Below are positions 45,698 through 49,175 of a DNA stretch of 49,175 nucleotides, one piece after another. The notes under the pieces are model-generated. The model saw nothing but the letters and a program-made list of their open reading frames with translations, did no database searches and was not told the DNA's origin. Each line of letters opens with the position of its first letter. Within the stretch, counting starts at the first letter, position 1. The stretch lies in the sequence record ON062054.1. The stretch is one strand, 5' to 3'. The position numbers were made by a program, and so were the translations under genes. The DNA comes from Escherichia phage P818.

Positions 45698-46639
45698 ATG
45701 ATGGATATGTATCAAAAAGAGGAAGTTATACCTTACATGAAGGGTCTTTGGAGGGAAGCTCTGCAATCAATATGTGGCCTTGATAACTCATACTTCACGA
45801 AGCGACATGGGCCATGCCCGCATTGCTTTGGAAAGGACCGTTTCCGGTGGACTGACGAACTAGAATCCCCTGGTGACGGCGGCGCGATCTGTAACGGATG
45901 TGGTAACGATAAAGGCGTCGGCTGGATGATGAAACTGACTGGTGAGCCTTACAGTGAAGTGATTAACATCCTTGGTAGATTCCTTGGTAAAGTTCCGCAG
46001 GATTACAAAGCTAAGGCTTACCGCAGGGCGTCTCGCGTACCGGAGAAAGGCCTTGGCAGGATGGCGGATCATGAGTCGTGCGTATCTGTAATGGAGCGCA
46101 CAGAAAAGCGCGAGAGCACCGATTTAAGCGTGTATGAGTGCCTAACCGAAGATTCATATGATGTTGGCGTAAAAGTGCGTCAGAATGGCACTGAGGAGCT
46201 AATACACGCACTACCGTGCTACATGGTCCACCATGACGGAATTGATGAGGATATGTGTAACGTCATGTTTGCTTATGATAATGGCGAATACACTTTCCTT
46301 GCGCGTGATTATTCTCGCGGCTCAGTGGTTAAGCTGGGGAGTGGTGAGGATGATGCAGCTATATATATGACAAGCGATCTGATTGATGGTTATCGTGTGA
46401 AGATGGCGACCAGTCAGGAAGTGTGGGTGACTTTCTCCCCTGAGAATCTTGAGATTGTTGCTTATCGTTATCGTGGCGATCGAGAGTTGCGAGTTGCTTG
46501 TGCGGCTGACGATTTGAGAACGCTTTACATGGCTGATGAGAGAGATTTGAAGGTCGTCGTGCCGAACGGTGGAAACTTCAAGATGGGCCTTGAGCGAAAG
46601 CTATATACGCCGCAGGATCTGATAGATAAGTATTCATGA
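45698..46639 (+). CDS. Putative DNA primase (zinc-binding N-terminal domain)
   Basis: 313 aa; CPHC...CNGC zinc-ribbon-like motif near N-terminus; adjacent to helicase. Confidence 0.55.
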   Translation: MMDMYQKEEVIPYMKGLWREALQSICGLDNSYFTKRHGPCPHCFGKDRFRWTDELESPGDGGAICNGCGNDKGVGWMMKLTGEPYSEVINILGRFLGKVPQDYKAKAYRRASRVPEKGLGRMADHESCVSVMERTEKRESTDLSVYECLTEDSYDVGVKVRQNGTEELIHALPCYMVHHDGIDEDMCNVMFAYDNGEYTFLARDYSRGSVVKLGSGEDDAAIYMTSDLIDGYRVKMATSQEVWVTFSPENLEIVAYRYRGDRELRVACAADDLRTLYMADERDLKVVVPNGGNFKMGLERKLYTPQDLIDKYS

Positions 46640-46644
46640 CAATT

Positions 46645-46668
46645 ACCCGCTACGGCGGGTTTTTTTAT
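46645..46668 (+). terminator. Intrinsic terminator after primase gene
   Basis: ACCCGCTACGGCGGGT hairpin followed by TTTTTTT. Confidence 0.75.
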
Positions 46669-46692
46669 TCCTTTGTTATGATACAATGCTCT

Positions 46693-46710
46693 TTAGCAAT
46701 TCGTGCTAAA
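46693..46710. promoter_or_regulatory. Dyad motif copy 17 (perfect palindrome TTTAGCA-ATTCG-TGCTAAA)
   Basis: Only perfect copy; lies between an extended -10-like TGATACAAT (46679-46687) and the tail fiber RBS. Confidence 0.6.
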
Positions 46711-46733
46711 CAACAATATAGGAGTTGATTATT

Positions 46734-49175
46734 ATGGCAATTTATGACTTAGGAGCTGCATCTCTAGCCGCAAATGGCGAGGTAGCTGGTGTTGGGACAA
46801 CGTGGAAAGCGCCGCTTACACTGATTCGTGTAGGTGCTACAATTGTGTTTAAAACTGAACCTGTACAGATTTACACAATCTCAGAAATTATCAGCGACAC
46901 TCGGATTAATGTTTACAACCCTAATGGTGAAACAGTTCCTGCTGGCACTGGTTACGCGATTCTTGCTCACGATGGGATTACTGTTCAGGGGTTAGCTCAG
47001 GATGTTGCGGAGACTTTGCGTTACTATCAGTCACGCGAAACTGAGGTTGCAGATGCTGTTGATGCTTTTAACAATTTTGACTCTGCGGATTTTGAATCAA
47101 AAGTAGCTCAGGTAAACACACAGCATGGCGACGTTGTTACTATTGGAGTCCAGGTTGCAAATGATGCCGTTCAGGTTTCAAATAATGCTTCATCAGCACA
47201 AATTAACGCTACCAATGCATCATCTGCCGCCGATAGAGCAGAAGCAGCCGCAAACTCCGTGTCTGGATCCTTAACCTTAAACTTCTCAGATGGAGGGACA
47301 GTAGAGTCTACAAATCAGCAGGTTTTATACATCAATGGAAGTGATGTTAGGTCTTATGTCTGGACTGGGTCATTTCCAAAGACGATTACAGCCGGTTCAA
47401 CTCCTGAAACGTCTGGTGGCGTTGACTTAGGCGCGTGGGTTAGTGTTGGTGATGCATCATTAAGGAGTGAGCTACTTACGCCATCATCAGGTATAAAAGT
47501 TGATTCAACCAATATTAATATAGCCGCCCAGCATCCTGCTACTAAAGACATCCCGTTAAACGCATTTGCGAGCCAGATGGTTAGTTTACTTAATTTTCAG
47601 GGGGTGGTAGCAGATGGCATAACCGATACACGAGCCGGGGTACAAGCCGCGATAGACGCGTGTGCCCTCGCTGGGGTTACGTTATATATCCCAGACGGTG
47701 TGTATGCTTTCGGAAACTTCTTCACCCAACCTTCTAATTCCAAGCTAGTTTTCGGTGAAAATGCGTGGTTTAAACTACTAAATAACACCACCTGGCCGGG
47801 ACTTGGTGGTATAGGTCACTTCCACAACACTGGAACTAACTATAATGATTTCCTTAATACGGACGGTGAAACTATTAAGTATGTAGAAGCTACCAATGTA
47901 GTCACTGTAGGAATGAAGCTAGACTGTAACAATATTGAGGGTGAAAACGGCATTTCATCGTCATGTGGTTCTAACATCCGCCATATCCGCCCTATAGTTA
48001 AGAATACAGTGCACACAAACACCGCTCTTGGCGGTAGGGCGTTTCAGATAGAAGGTGAGCTAAACCAAGATATTATAGTATCAGATGCCACTATTATTGA
48101 TTGCTCTATTGGGTGCAATAGTCAAGGTTTAGCAGGCAGCACAACTGCCAATACCCGCGCGGTAACTTACGACGGTATTTTCATGAAAAATGTTGGAGTA
48201 CCATTTAACATCGACGGGCAGGTATCAAACCCAGAAAACGCAGACGGCAGAGTGCATTCAGTAACCGCATACAATGTAACATTGCATAATTGCGGGGGGC
48301 CGAGAGCACCATTTGCGTCCCAATTAGACGGCGGCATCATTTGTGGGGATAGGGGGGCTGGTTTAGCCGTATATGGTCTTCGCTTGGTAAATGATGATTC
48401 TTATGGTGGTATAGGTGCGGTGTTTAGAGGGGTTATTTATAACGTAGCTATACACGACGCGGATTTAACAGCCCCTTATATTAGTGCCATTGTCGACCAC
48501 ACTCCGCCGGGGTTTGGCTCACCATCGCCGGCAGCATTAGGTGGTTTTGTGTCGACAAGGAACGTTAAAGTAAACGCGAATATTGACTACATAGCTAATG
48601 GGCCTAACAACAGTATAGGTCCTCACAGCCTTAGATTAGATATAGATATGGCTAAGGCATCTATTACAACATTGTTTGGTTCGAGCATAGCCACGGACAA
48701 TACCACGTACGCTATGGTGGAAATACTGGATACCAACACCGGAACAAGTAGCGGGTATCGGTCCTTTGGAGACATATACCGTGAGGGTAATTCACCGGAT
48801 GTTTGTATAAAAAGAAAGGATTCAATCGGTCCTATAGTCCCGATTGATGCGTCCGGCGCGAGTCTAACCTTTACCCCTAATGGGACCCAACGTTTTGTTA
48901 AAAATGGAAATACCGTCACAATATCTATCAATGTAACTTACCCAACCACAGGGGACTCTCGCTCTGCGACCATAGCAGGTATTCCGGTTCCTGGAGTAGC
49001 AGGAGTAAATTATTGTGGCATTGGTACTGTTCTTAACGGTGCCGCTGTTGGTACTATTGCGGTGGTTAAAGGCGGGGAAAATTTTATAAGACTTTTAACT
49101 CCAACCGGCACCAATACCCTAAACAGCGATTTATCTGGTAAAGATATTTCTATAACACTTACGTATATGTTCTGA
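46734..49175 (+). CDS. Tail fiber protein
   Basis: 813 aa from ATG 9 nt after AGGAG; Gly/Thr/Asn-rich repetitive central and C-terminal region; stop is the last codon of the window. Confidence 0.65.
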   Translation: MAIYDLGAASLAANGEVAGVGTTWKAPLTLIRVGATIVFKTEPVQIYTISEIISDTRINVYNPNGETVPAGTGYAILAHDGITVQGLAQDVAETLRYYQSRETEVADAVDAFNNFDSADFESKVAQVNTQHGDVVTIGVQVANDAVQVSNNASSAQINATNASSAADRAEAAANSVSGSLTLNFSDGGTVESTNQQVLYINGSDVRSYVWTGSFPKTITAGSTPETSGGVDLGAWVSVGDASLRSELLTPSSGIKVDSTNINIAAQHPATKDIPLNAFASQMVSLLNFQGVVADGITDTRAGVQAAIDACALAGVTLYIPDGVYAFGNFFTQPSNSKLVFGENAWFKLLNNTTWPGLGGIGHFHNTGTNYNDFLNTDGETIKYVEATNVVTVGMKLDCNNIEGENGISSSCGSNIRHIRPIVKNTVHTNTALGGRAFQIEGELNQDIIVSDATIIDCSIGCNSQGLAGSTTANTRAVTYDGIFMKNVGVPFNIDGQVSNPENADGRVHSVTAYNVTLHNCGGPRAPFASQLDGGIICGDRGAGLAVYGLRLVNDDSYGGIGAVFRGVIYNVAIHDADLTAPYISAIVDHTPPGFGSPSPAALGGFVSTRNVKVNANIDYIANGPNNSIGPHSLRLDIDMAKASITTLFGSSIATDNTTYAMVEILDTNTGTSSGYRSFGDIYREGNSPDVCIKRKDSIGPIVPIDASGASLTFTPNGTQRFVKNGNTVTISINVTYPTTGDSRSATIAGIPVPGVAGVNYCGIGTVLNGAAVGTIAVVKGGENFIRLLTPTGTNTLNSDLSGKDISITLTYMF

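Overview
The window looks like an essentially complete genome of a virulent T1-like siphophage (Drexlerviridae-type gene content and order); the family assignment rests on recognised protein motifs and synteny, not on a database search. Layout: 35-2299 (-) is a recombination module (exonuclease, Erf-like annealing protein, SSB); 2300-2910 and 31606-32300 are two AT-rich divergent control regions that share a ~100-bp element; 2911-4826 (+) holds a Cor-like lipoprotein operon; 4855-24575 (-) is the late morphogenesis block (central tail fiber J, tail assembly I/K/L/M, tape measure, frameshifted chaperone, major tail, neck, capsid, scaffold/protease, portal, HNH, terminase); 24658-31605 (-) and 32301-46639 (+/-) are densely packed early genes (kinase, HAD phosphatase, lysis cassette, Dam-like methylase, VRR-NUC, helicase, primase, four HNH endonucleases); 46734-49175 (+) is a tail fiber. 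No tRNA, rRNA, CRISPR array, integrase or repressor was seen. The main finding is a dyad-symmetric ~19-bp motif (core TAGCA-N5-TGCTA) present in 17 copies, restricted to the early regions; 15 copies sit a fixed 21-23 bp upstream of a -10 hexamer, a class-II-activator geometry, and two lie at or after a predicted transcription start. Other notable items are a small acidic protein ending in FDDGIPF (a mimic of the SSB C-terminal tail), an internally deleted paralog of the replication ATPase, and three paralogous HNH-AP2 endonucleases. All calls are from reading the sequence and the ORF track; no searches or structure predictions were run.
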